Positions 40,559-49,683 of a stretch of 64,000 bases of DNA are shown here, in pieces. Both the position numbers and the translations under genes were made by a program. The stretch comes from an uncultured Acidobacteriaceae bacterium (GTDB lineage: Bacteria > Acidobacteriota > Terriglobia > Terriglobales > Acidobacteriaceae). The notes below the pieces were generated by a model that was not told the DNA's origin, searched no databases, and saw only the letters and a list, made by a program, of their open reading frames with translations. The first letter of the stretch is position 1. Each line of letters begins with the position of its first letter. Location of the stretch: the NCBI GenBank assembly GCA_963840675.1, contig CAWJAB010000054.1, positions 85,196 through 149,195 of the forward strand, given 5' to 3'.

Positions 40559-41172
40559 CGCGCCTCTCCCTCCCCCACAGCCTGGGCTGCGGCGATGCGA
40601 GGTTTGAGTGCAGAAAGGCCGCGATACAGCCGTGACTTTACCGTGGAAAGCGGGGAACGGGTAACCTGCGCGATCTCTTCCAAAGAAAGTTCTTCGTGGA
40701 AGCGGAGGACGAGCACCTCACGATGAAGCGGTTCCAACGTCAACAAAGCCTCTGCCACCCGCTGCCCGTTCTCGCTGGTCTGATACGAGTCGAAGGGAGA
40801 GGGCCCATCGGCGGCCACATCGAAGGAGCGGCCATCTTCTCCTGCTTCGCGCATCGCCTCCAGGCTGCTCATGGTTCGCTTGCGCCGAACGTCGATGACC
40901 AGGTTGCGGGCGATGGTAAACAGCCATGTATCGAAACGGGACTTACCGTTGAACTGGTCACCGCGCTTGAGCACCCGCATCCAGGTTTCCTGAAAAATAT
41001 CTTCCGCGGTCTCGCGGTTCCCGGTGAGGTAGAGCAGGTAGCGCAGCAGCCGATGCTGGTACTGCACGATCAGCTGATCGAGCAGCTCCGGATCATGGCG
41101 TTTCAATCCCTGGGCAACGATGCTGTTCTCGTTGCTTGACTGATCCGTGAGGGTAAGCGACGCGATGCGCAT
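40555..41172 (-). CDS. ECF (sigma-24 type) RNA polymerase sigma factor
   Basis: Region 2 (YQHRLLRYLLYLTGNRETAEDIFQETWMRV..FDTWLFTIARNLVIDVRRKR) and region 4 (REVLVLRFHEELSLEEIAQVTRSPLSTVKSRLYRGL). ATG 41172 is preceded by GAGGAG. Confidence 0.85.
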   Translation of the reverse strand: MRIASLTLTDQSSNENSIVAQGLKRHDPELLDQLIVQYQHRLLRYLLYLTGNRETAEDIFQETWMRVLKRGDQFNGKSRFDTWLFTIARNLVIDVRRKRTMSSLEAMREAGEDGRSFDVAADGPSPFDSYQTSENGQRVAEALLTLEPLHREVLVLRFHEELSLEEIAQVTRSPLSTVKSRLYRGLSALKPRIAAAQAVGEGEAR

Positions 41173-41393
41173 ATGCTCCTCTAAGACGTGGACAGGCTGC
41201 CCAAAGACGCCGTTTGCAACTACTTTTTGAGCTGACGGCAAGGACCATGCGACGGCTCCTTTGCCCGGACCAACCCGCTTGCTTGCAAGGATATAAGAAA
41301 CGGCTTCCGTACGCTATCTTGTATGCTTTTGGGGAGGGGTTCGGCCTTTAGGACCCTCATTAGCCGAAGTAACCGTCTAAAGCCCTCAATATC

Positions 41394-41587
41394 CAGTCCC
41401 GCAGGGACGACCTGAAAGTAGTCCAGGACGTCAGTCCTGGGGACACTTCCCGGAATTTGACTAGTCCCGTAGGGACGACTGAGACGGGTGGAATGATTCA
41501 ACCGTCCCTGCGGGACTTCTCCGGACTGGTTACCAAAACCCAGGACTGACCGTCTTGGGCTACTTTCAAGTCGTCCCTGCGGGACTG
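41394..41587. repeat. Family-B nested palindromic element (GTCCCGCAGGGAC units)
   Basis: The outer arms 41394-41440 and 41539-41587 are ~47-nt imperfect inverted copies (AGTCCCGCAGGGACGACCTGAAAGTAGTCCAGGACGTCAGTCCTGGG). The inner inverted pair is 41462-41480 / 41500-41517. Every unit contains the self-complementary core GTCCC-N3-GGGAC. Confidence 0.8.
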
Positions 41588-41603
41588 GACTCCGCACGAG
41601 CGG

Positions 41604-42428
41604 ATGTTCTTACCTAAAGCGTCTAAACTTGAGGATATGGAAATTTTGTTCGGCCTCCATCCCGTGGAGGAGGCTTTGCGCTCCGGGACGCGAAAGTTTG
41701 ACCACATTTGCATCGCCCGGGAGCGGCAGGATGCACGGCTCGAAAAGCTGATTCAGGCCTGCCGTGACGCAGGAGTGAGGCTGCGCATCGACACCCGCGA
41801 CCAACTCACCAAGCTGGCTCGGACCGAGGCGCACCAGGGTGTGGTGGCCATCGTTCGCGCACGCCAGTTCCTGGAGCTGGATGACCTGCTCCAGGGCCCC
41901 AGCCGAAACCGCTTGTTGCTGGCCCTGGATGGGGTGGAAGACCCGCAAAATCTGGGTGCGCTGCTGCGTACCGCCGAAGGCGCGGGGGTGGATGGGGTGG
42001 TGGTGACGGAGCGGCGGTCGGCGCCGCTGAGCCCAGTGGCCGTGAAGGCATCCGCCGGCGCCGCCGAGCACATAAAAATCGCCCGGGTGGTGAACCTGGT
42101 GCGCACCCTGGAAGAGCTGAAGCAACGCGACCTGTGGTGCATCGGGCTCGACGAGCGGGGCACCATGGACTATGACCAGTTCGATTTCTCCGTGGGTTGC
42201 GTGCTGGTGCTGGGCCGGGAAGGCGCCGGCCTGCATGACCTGGTGCGGCGTACCTGCGATCACCTGCTGCGCATTCCGATGGCCGGCCGGGTGCACTCGC
42301 TCAATGTAAGCGCCGCGGGGGCAGTGGTCCTTTACGAGGCGGCGCGGCAACGCCGCAGGGCCGCGCAAGGGGAGTCTTCCCCGCCCGCCCCGGCAAAGTT
42401 GAAGAAGCAGAAGGGTTTGGGTTCATGA
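41604..42428 (+). CDS. rlmB: 23S rRNA (guanosine-2'-O)-methyltransferase RlmB (SpoU/TrmH family)
   Basis: LFGLHPVEEAL, HQGVVA, DGVEDPQNLGALLRTAEGAGVDGVV, LVLGREGAGL, IPMAGRVHSLNVSAAGAVVLYE. An alternative start is at 41637. Confidence 0.85.
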   Translation: MFLPKASKLEDMEILFGLHPVEEALRSGTRKFDHICIARERQDARLEKLIQACRDAGVRLRIDTRDQLTKLARTEAHQGVVAIVRARQFLELDDLLQGPSRNRLLLALDGVEDPQNLGALLRTAEGAGVDGVVVTERRSAPLSPVAVKASAGAAEHIKIARVVNLVRTLEELKQRDLWCIGLDERGTMDYDQFDFSVGCVLVLGREGAGLHDLVRRTCDHLLRIPMAGRVHSLNVSAAGAVVLYEAARQRRRAAQGESSPPAPAKLKKQKGLGS

Positions 42429-44301
42429 GGGTTTTGTGGTTTGCCGCCGTGGCTGCCGTCCTGGCGTTCCCGGCTCCTCGCGCTGGGGCGCAACAAACGC
42501 CCGCGCCAGCCGCGGACCCTGCCGAGCATCCCGGCAAGGTGATTCTTTCCCGCTCCATCGAAGACAGCGGCAGTGGGCCAGTCGCGGCTGCCCCCACGGC
42601 AAAAGAAGCAGCGGCTCGCGACCGATGCCGAAAGGCAGGCGATTACTTTCCTGGCCTACGATCTCGAGGTTCACTTGCACCCCCGAGAGCACAGCATGGC
42701 AGTGCGCGCGCGGGTCCAGGTGCGCAATGACTCGGACCGTCCGCTGCGCCGGCTCCCCTTGCAGATCTCTTCTACCTTGCAGTGGACCGGGGTTCGGGTG
42801 GCCGATGCGCCAGCTGCGTTCTCCCAGCAACTGGTGGACAGCGATATTGACCACACCGGAGCCCTGCGAGAGGTGCTCATCCCACTGGCGCAGCCGCTTG
42901 CTCCCCAGCAGAGCCTGGTCCTCGACCTTAGCTACGAAGGGCCCGTCGCGCTTTCCGCCGACCGGTTGGAACAGATCGGTACCCCGGCGGATGTGGCGGA
43001 AGCATCCGACTGGGATCGCGTCTCCGAAGAGTTTGTCGGGCTGAGAGGCTTCGGCAACGGGGCCTGGTATCCCGTGGCCTCGGTCCCGGTCAGGTTGGGA
43101 GACGGAGCGAAGTTTTTCACCGAAGCGGCCGCGGAACGGCAACGCCAGAGCCAGGCCACGGTGACCATGAGGGTGACCGAGGAGTTTTTTGGCGAGGCGC
43201 CCAACCTGGCGGTTCTCGATGGAGAAACCATCACTCTCACTCCTTCTTCCCTGCCGACGGATCGCCTGGGTGTGCCGGGAATCGTGACCTGTGAGCTGCC
43301 ACCGACCAGGTTGGGCTTTGCTTCCCCCAGCCTGTTTCTGCTTACCCGCTCTCCGCTGGAGGGGAATGGTGTTACCGTCTTCGCACGCACCGAAGATGCC
43401 GGGAATGCGCAGGCCTACATCAGCGCGGCTGCGCTGGTCACCCCACTGATCCATCTTTGGCTGGGCTCGGAGCCCAAGGGCACGCTGAACATCGTCGATC
43501 TGCCGGAGGCGAATGACGCTCCTTTTGAAGATGGCGCCGTGCTCTTTACCGACGTGCGGAGCACCGAGCCGGAGAAGCTGGCCGATGTTCTCGTCCATTC
43601 TTTAACCCATGTTTACTTTCCGCTCGCCCTACGCCTGGCTACAGGAGGGCGTGCCCTCATTCATGGGGTCATTGTGGTTGGAGAAAAATCACGGGCGCGA
43701 CTTTGCCATTCAGCAGTTGGACAATACCCGCGGGGCGCTCTCGCTCGCCGAGCCAGGCGATGTTGCCGGCACTGACCAGCAAGCCTTGCTCATGGCGAGA
43801 GACCCGGTGTACTACCGCATCAAGGCGACTTACGTCCTCTGGATGTTGCGCGAATTGGCCGGGGATGCCGCTCTTGCACGAGCCCTGCGCGCCTATCAGC
43901 CAGGGTCAGACACTGCAGGAACCGGGTTTGAGCAGGTGCTCGAGCGAGAGTCAGGCAAAGACCTGAAGTGGTTCTTTGAGAACTGGGTCAACCACGATCG
44001 CGGTCTTCCTGACCTTTCGATTGCCGGCGTCTATCCCAACAAAGCCAGCGTGCCGGGCTCCTATATTGTCGCAGTCGATGTAGCCAATAACGGGACCGCC
44101 GAGGCTGAGGTTCCCGTGTCCGTTTCCTCGATTACAACCACGGTTACGGAAAGGCTGCGAATCCCCGCAAAATCAAGGATAAGCCACCGCTTTCTGCTGG
44201 AGGGCCAGCCGGCGGAGGTCGCGGTGAACGACGGAACGGTTCCCGAAGTAGAGGCCAGCGTCCACCGGCAGACGGTGGCTGTTCCGGCCACCTCGGAGTA
44301 G
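42425..44301 (+). pseudogene. Secreted M1-aminopeptidase-like protein with a degenerate zinc motif (HSLTH); two probable frame changes
   Basis: The signal peptide MRVLWFAAVAAVLAFPAPRAGAQQ is in ORF 42425..42730 (ATGA overlap with rlmB). The body is in ORF 42573..43775 up to ..VLVHSLTHVYF. It continues as RSPYAWLQEGVPSFMGSLWL.. in ORF 43609..44301. The joins are near 42590-42625 and 43617-43621. Confidence 0.55.
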
Positions 44302-44312
44302 CGGCATCGCCC

Positions 44313-44565
44313 AAACCGCAGATCTCTCCACTCCGCCGCGCTCTGTCGAAAACATATCTAGGAGTGGTCCGCGGAACTGCAGATCCCCGGCTGCCGGGAT
44401 GAAAAGGAAGGGCTGTGCACTTCTACTCGCATGTGAACAAGCGAACAGCGGCTCCCTCCAGCCGCTACGCTACGGTCGGATGACAATCTGTATGCAAATG
44501 GGAGCTGTTGCCAAGAATCATCGATCTCAAAAAATTTGTCATCCCGACCGTAGCGTAGCGACCCA
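44313..44565. repeat. Family-A repeat cluster
   Basis: 44313-44390 (AAACCGCAGATCTCTCCACTCCGCCGCGCTCTGTCGAAAACATATCTAGGAGTGGTCCGCGGAACTGCAGATCC) is the reverse complement of 9430-9506. CGCTACGCTACGGTCGGATGACAA (44462-44485) and TTGTCATCCCGACCGTAGCGTAGCG (44536-44560) form a 24-nt inverted pair. Confidence 0.85.
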
Positions 44566-44636
44566 GGGATATGCCTTGTTGCCTGCGGGTATTGAAAGCC
44601 GGGATTTCCCCGTGGCCATGCACCACGGACCTAAGT

Positions 44637-47135
44637 TCAGTTTTCTACTTCCTCTGCGCTTGCTTTCACTTCGGGGTGCTGCAATGTGCCGGTTACGGTG
44701 AAGGCGTGGGCCGCCGGGCCGCCGGTCATGTCGATCTCGCGGTCGAAAGAGATGGTGCCCGATAGCGGGATAGCCTCCTGGCCGCGGGCCAGCAGGCTAT
44801 GAGTGATTTTGATGGTGCTGTCCGCGACGGTGGCATCCGCGCTCCATTGATCGAAGTGGACAAAGGGCTGCGCGGCGACGGGCAGCGGGTCGTCCGCGGC
44901 CAGTCCCCCCTTGGTCCAGTCCCAGCGCAAAGTACCCGTGGTGGAGCGGGCCAGATCCCGCGCGTCAAAGCCCGACATCCTGAGCTGGGCGGAGAAGTTG
45001 GCCAGGCCGCCACCCCAGCGCTCTTCGAAAATACTCGCCAGCGCGCTGGGCGCGGCGTTGGTGACCTGCACATCGATCCGGTACTCAGGCTGGTCACCGG
45101 ACGCGTCCACCGCGCCGGTCAGGTGAATGGTTCCGTTTGCCAGATGGCCGTTCAGTGAGCGGATCTTGATCAGGTTTCCGCTGATATCGACCGCGCCAAT
45201 GGCGTCATGCACCACCAACTTCCCGGTCGAGAGTGCGCCAATCTGGACGGTACCCGAGAGGTCGGGCCACTGCACGGAATGACGATCGATACGAGCGAGA
45301 ATCTGGCGCAGCAGCTCACCCCCTTCACTGGCGCCCAGCAATGTGGATTGAAGCGCGGCCAGGTCAAGGGCCGGGGAATTGAGCGCGAAGTGGCCCGTGC
45401 ATAGGGTGCTCCCCGTGCACAGCGTCGGGTATTCGAGCGTTCCCTGGGCCTCCAGCTTGCCGTAGCTAAACGACGCATTCGTCCATGCAACCTGGGTGGG
45501 GCTAACGATTCCCTGGGCGGAAGCAATCTTGAGCGGCTGGGACAAATACGACGTAGTAAGCTCGGCGTTCTTGATGGAGATGCTGCCTTCCACAGTGGAT
45601 GAGGCGATGGGATGTTCCGAGTCCGGCACGGGGAGCAACCACTTACCGCGCACGCCCAGGTCGAGCGTCGCGGCCCCCGCACCGCCCAGCACCGCCGCGT
45701 GCGCGCCAAGCAATCCCAGCCCCTTGCTGAAGGCTTGCAACCGAGCCAGGCTGGTGGCGCCGCCGAAGTGGAGGTCGAAGCCGGCGGGTGTGAACCGGCC
45801 GTCCACCGTTACGGGAACGGGAGCGCCCATCGCCAGGCGCACCGGCTGCAACAACAATGCGGGCGATCCCGCCTCGCAGCGCACGCGCACAGGGGCAAAA
45901 AGGAATGGCTTGCCTCCACTGGGAGGAGTGAGGCTCAGCGAATCCACGGCCATTTCGCCGGTGATCAACGGCGCGCGGCCACTCTGGGTTGCGTAGTCGA
46001 AATGCCCGTCGAGGTCTCCCACGACCTGAACCCCCGCGCCCAGGCCGTTGCGCACCTCCTGCAAGCCGGCCAGCACGGCCGAGGCGGGGACGCGATCGAT
46101 CCCCAGCTTGAGCTGGGTTTGCGCCTCCTGCATCGAGCCGGTGAGCTGCAGCCCGCCATCGCCCACAGGGGACGCACACGAGATGTCTTCCAGGGACCTT
46201 GCTTGTTTGCGGAACGACGCCCGGCAAGTGGCAGCCAGATCCAACGGGCGGGCCGGAGTAAATTCAGATCGATGCAGTCCAGCGACCTTCAGCCTGGAGT
46301 TGATCTGGGCCAGCTCGGCGGTGCCGCCTACCTGGGCCTCCACATCAAGGCCACCGCGCCAGCCTGTATCGTCGCCCATGGTCAGCCGGCTTAGCTGGCC
46401 CAACGGCACACCGCTCCACTCCAGCTTGAGATTCAATGGCATCTGGCCCAGCATCGCGGCCCGATGCAGCGTGCCGTCCACCCGCAACACACCGGTGTCG
46501 GCGAGATCAATGTCCAGGTCGGTGCGCACCGGTTGCGCGCGAAAGTGCAGCTCCCACTCATCGCCAGGAGCCAGCGAGAAAGAAAGGTCGGAGTTCAAAA
46601 ACGAGAGCGGCTTCTTCTCGTTGCCTTCTTTGAAATTGATGCGCGAGTTCTCCGCCTCGACATACGGGAACCGCGGAGCACTACCGGCAAAGCGCTGGCC
46701 GGTGGGCGCATTTGGGATATGCGCTGCCTGCAACAGGATCGAAGCAAAGTTCCAGCCCCCTCCCGGTTCGCGGACAAGATTCAAGCTGGCCTCGTCGAAC
46801 TGAATGCGCGAGACCTCAAGCTTGCCCCGCCACAACGACAAGAGCCGCAGGTAGGCGACGACGCTGTTGGCGTGAAGGATAGGCTCGGAGCCGAATTGCG
46901 GATTCTCTTCGACGGAAAAGTCGGAGAACTCAAAGCCGGGCAGGGGCAGCAGCCGCAGCTTGACCGAGGACATATGGACCGGCCGGCCGATGCTGCGGCC
47001 GATGCTGTTGGCAATCCTGTGCTGATAGCGGCTGATGTTGACCAGCGGCGGCAGGACAAAGGCCACGACCGGCAACACCACGGCTGCCAGCAGAATCCAG
47101 CGCCTGGGCGAAGGACGCTTCCCTGCGCCACCCAT
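44637..47135 (-). CDS. AsmA-family outer-membrane biogenesis protein
   Basis: An N-terminal membrane anchor (RRWILLAAVVLPVVAFVLPPLV) followed by SVKLRLLPLPGFEFSDFSVEENP..LEVSRIQFDEASLNLV, typical of the AsmA N-terminal domain. The rest is long and beta-rich. Confidence 0.65.
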   Translation of the reverse strand: MGGAGKRPSPRRWILLAAVVLPVVAFVLPPLVNISRYQHRIANSIGRSIGRPVHMSSVKLRLLPLPGFEFSDFSVEENPQFGSEPILHANSVVAYLRLLSLWRGKLEVSRIQFDEASLNLVREPGGGWNFASILLQAAHIPNAPTGQRFAGSAPRFPYVEAENSRINFKEGNEKKPLSFLNSDLSFSLAPGDEWELHFRAQPVRTDLDIDLADTGVLRVDGTLHRAAMLGQMPLNLKLEWSGVPLGQLSRLTMGDDTGWRGGLDVEAQVGGTAELAQINSRLKVAGLHRSEFTPARPLDLAATCRASFRKQARSLEDISCASPVGDGGLQLTGSMQEAQTQLKLGIDRVPASAVLAGLQEVRNGLGAGVQVVGDLDGHFDYATQSGRAPLITGEMAVDSLSLTPPSGGKPFLFAPVRVRCEAGSPALLLQPVRLAMGAPVPVTVDGRFTPAGFDLHFGGATSLARLQAFSKGLGLLGAHAAVLGGAGAATLDLGVRGKWLLPVPDSEHPIASSTVEGSISIKNAELTTSYLSQPLKIASAQGIVSPTQVAWTNASFSYGKLEAQGTLEYPTLCTGSTLCTGHFALNSPALDLAALQSTLLGASEGGELLRQILARIDRHSVQWPDLSGTVQIGALSTGKLVVHDAIGAVDISGNLIKIRSLNGHLANGTIHLTGAVDASGDQPEYRIDVQVTNAAPSALASIFEERWGGGLANFSAQLRMSGFDARDLARSTTGTLRWDWTKGGLAADDPLPVAAQPFVHFDQWSADATVADSTIKITHSLLARGQEAIPLSGTISFDREIDMTGGPAAHAFTVTGTLQHPEVKASAEEVEN

Positions 47136-47136
47136 C

Positions 47137-47907
47137 CTAACGCACCAGATGAAACGTTCGGCGCCAGCGGGTCTGATCGAAGAAGTGCAGGATCACGTGG
47201 GTATAGAACGAGATTTTGTCGCCCACTCCCTCTTTTTCATACTGGTTGTCGGGCTCGATGAAAGACCAGTAAACGAACAGCGGACGGCCGACGATGTTGG
47301 CGCGCGGGACGAATCCCCAGTAGCGGCCATCGAGACTGACGGTGCGGTTATCTCCCATGGCAAAGTAGCGGCCTTCAGGAACCACCAGGTCTTGCCCCTG
47401 GATGTAATTGGGAAGTTCGAGCGCCCAGGTTGGCGTCACGTCTCCGCTCTGCGAGGGAGGCACCGCGGGAAAATCATCGCGGTAGGGGAAGTAGTTGCCG
47501 TAGTCCGGCATGGCTGCCTGGGGCTCATGTTGCGGCTGTCCATTCAGATAGACCACGCCGTTGCGCAGGTGGATATGGTCGCCAGGGACGCCGATGACCC
47601 GCTTCACCAGGTACAGGTCAGGCTCGCCGGGCTTGAAGAAGACGATGATGTCGCCGCGGCGCACATCGCGGTAGTAGATGAAGGGAGCCCAGTGGGTACG
47701 AGGCGCCAGGGTGATCCGGTCCACCAGCACATGGTCGCCCACCAGCAGCGTCTTCTCCATGGAGGAGGAAGGAATCTCAAAGTTCTGAAAGATGAAAGTC
47801 AGGGCAAAGAGCCCAATGACGAGCACCGTACAGATAGAAGCAAACGCCTCCAGTGGCGTCTCTTCCCTTGCCTGCTCGGTTTTGATCTCGGTTTCCGTGG
47901 CTTCCAT
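47137..47907 (-). CDS. lepB: Signal peptidase I (copy 1)
   Basis: IPSSSMEKTLLVGDHVLV (Ser box), VKRVIGVPGD (Lys box), GDNRTVSLDGRYWGFVPRANIVG. Confidence 0.9.
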   Translation of the reverse strand: MEATETEIKTEQAREETPLEAFASICTVLVIGLFALTFIFQNFEIPSSSMEKTLLVGDHVLVDRITLAPRTHWAPFIYYRDVRRGDIIVFFKPGEPDLYLVKRVIGVPGDHIHLRNGVVYLNGQPQHEPQAAMPDYGNYFPYRDDFPAVPPSQSGDVTPTWALELPNYIQGQDLVVPEGRYFAMGDNRTVSLDGRYWGFVPRANIVGRPLFVYWSFIEPDNQYEKEGVGDKISFYTHVILHFFDQTRWRRTFHLVR

Positions 47908-47922
47908 GGTAGTGGGAAAGTA

Positions 47923-48765
47923 TCAGTGAATGACCCGGAACATGCGGCTCCATCGTGCGAAGTCCATGACTGTGTCGAGCGGGCTCTTCTCGTGTCCGAG
48001 TCTATCATCCGGCAAGGTGCTGACATCGGTGGCCGAGGGCTCGTGCAGGGAGAAGTAAATGACAAAGGGCAAACCCACAACATTGGCGCGCGGAACAAAA
48101 CCCCAGTAGCGGCTATCGCGGCTGTGGTTGCGGTTGTCGCCCAGCACGAAATACAGGCCCGGGGGCACCACTAATTCGCCGTTCTGCACATCGTGGCGCA
48201 TCTGTATCCACCAGTGCGTATCCACTCCCGGGTCGGTGTAGAGCTTGGCAGGAAATTGATCGCGGAAGTTGTCCTGGTATGCACCCTCAAAAATTGCGAA
48301 GGGCTCATTCTGCTTCTGTCCGTTGATGCAGACCACTCCGTTCTGCAGGCGGATCCGGTCGCCGGGCACACCCACCACCCGCTTGACCACGTGGTCGGAT
48401 GGATCGAGCGGGAAATGGAACACAATCACGTCGCCCCGCCGCACCGGCTCGTAAGGCAGCAGCCATTGCCAGACACCCGGCTTGCCGTAGACAGATTTGT
48501 TCACCAGCAGAAAGTCGCCCACCAGCAGAGTGCGCTCCATGGATTCAGAGGGAATGCGAAAGGGCTGCACGATAAAGGTGAGCACAAAGAGCGCCATCAC
48601 GATGATGGACAGCAAAGAGCGAAAGGTGTCGAGCAGGTTGGGAAAGACCAGGTGGGTGTGATGCGCGGCCCCGCGCGGGATCGCAGGCACGGTAACAGCG
48701 GCGGTAACGACCGCCGCTTCTTCCGTGGTGACGCGGAAGAACTCTGCTGGTGGCTGGCCGGTCAA
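47923..48765 (-). CDS. lepB: Signal peptidase I (copy 2)
   Basis: IPSESMERTLLVGDFLLV, VKRVVGVPGD, GDNRNHSRDSRYWGFVPRANVVG. The start overlaps the rnc stop by 4 nt. Confidence 0.9.
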   Translation of the reverse strand: MTGQPPAEFFRVTTEEAAVVTAAVTVPAIPRGAAHHTHLVFPNLLDTFRSLLSIIVMALFVLTFIVQPFRIPSESMERTLLVGDFLLVNKSVYGKPGVWQWLLPYEPVRRGDVIVFHFPLDPSDHVVKRVVGVPGDRIRLQNGVVCINGQKQNEPFAIFEGAYQDNFRDQFPAKLYTDPGVDTHWWIQMRHDVQNGELVVPPGLYFVLGDNRNHSRDSRYWGFVPRANVVGLPFVIYFSLHEPSATDVSTLPDDRLGHEKSPLDTVMDFARWSRMFRVIH

Positions 48766-49553
48766 GAACCGTTACCTTCCGCCAGCGGTTCCCGGGCCTG
48801 CTTTCGCAGCTTGTCAAAGGCCCGCCGCGCCGCCTCCTGCTCTGCTCGTTTCTTGGTGGTGCCCACGCCCCGCGCCAGGGCCTTGGCCAGCCCGCTCCCC
48901 TCCGCAATCCTTACCTCCACCAGGAAGCGCTTGCGGTGGTCCGGCCCGCTTTCCGCCTTCAGCACATAATCCGGCGGTCCGGTCTTCTTGGCCTGCAGCA
49001 GCTCTTGCAATGCGGTCTTGTGGTCACCCAGGGAGACGCCCCGATCCAGCGCCTGGCGCAAGTCGTTCACGTAGGGCGCCACCACCTGCGCGTTGACAAA
49101 GGCTTCGACCGGAACAAGGCCGCCGTCCAGGTAAAGCGCGGCAATGATCGCTTCGACGCAGTTGGCCAGCAGCGTGGACTTCTTGCGCCCGCCGCCCCGT
49201 TCTTCTCCCCGGCCAAGGCGGAGATAACTTCCCAAATCAAGCGACGCAGCCACCTGCGCTAAATGGCGGCGGCTCACCAGGCTGGCGCGCAGGCGTGTCC
49301 ATTCCCCTTCATGGAGATCGGGAAAGCGACGGAACAGGATCTCCGCCACCACCAGGCCCAGAACCGCGTCTCCCAGAAATTCCAGTTGCTCATTGTCTTC
49401 TTCCCGCGTGCAGTTCATCCCCTCGGCCTGGCGGCCTTCCAGGGTCTGCTCGTACGCGAGCGAGCTATGGGTCAGCGCCTTCACCAGCAGTTGCGGCTCG
49501 CGGAAGGTATAACCCAGTGCTGCCTGAAGCGTGTTGGGAGCCGGCTGTGCCAT
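48762..49553 (-). CDS. rnc: Ribonuclease III
   Basis: ATG 49553 gives MAQPAPNTLQAALGYTFREPQLLVKALTHSS. RNase III signature EQLEFLGDAVLGLVVAE and a C-terminal dsRBD (GPDHRKRFLVEVRI..GVGTTKKRAEQEAARRA). Confidence 0.93.
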   Translation of the reverse strand: MAQPAPNTLQAALGYTFREPQLLVKALTHSSLAYEQTLEGRQAEGMNCTREEDNEQLEFLGDAVLGLVVAEILFRRFPDLHEGEWTRLRASLVSRRHLAQVAASLDLGSYLRLGRGEERGGGRKKSTLLANCVEAIIAALYLDGGLVPVEAFVNAQVVAPYVNDLRQALDRGVSLGDHKTALQELLQAKKTGPPDYVLKAESGPDHRKRFLVEVRIAEGSGLAKALARGVGTTKKRAEQEAARRAFDKLRKQAREPLAEGNGS

Positions 49554-49683
49554 AGAAACTTTGGATGCCCTTTCTCCTACTGTATTGCATAGCAGAAGAG
49601 ATTCGCGGGCCGATAACACTATTGCGGTAGGCGGCGTCACCAGGGAATTGGAGCAGGCGGAGCTCAGTCTTGAAGCCTCATAC

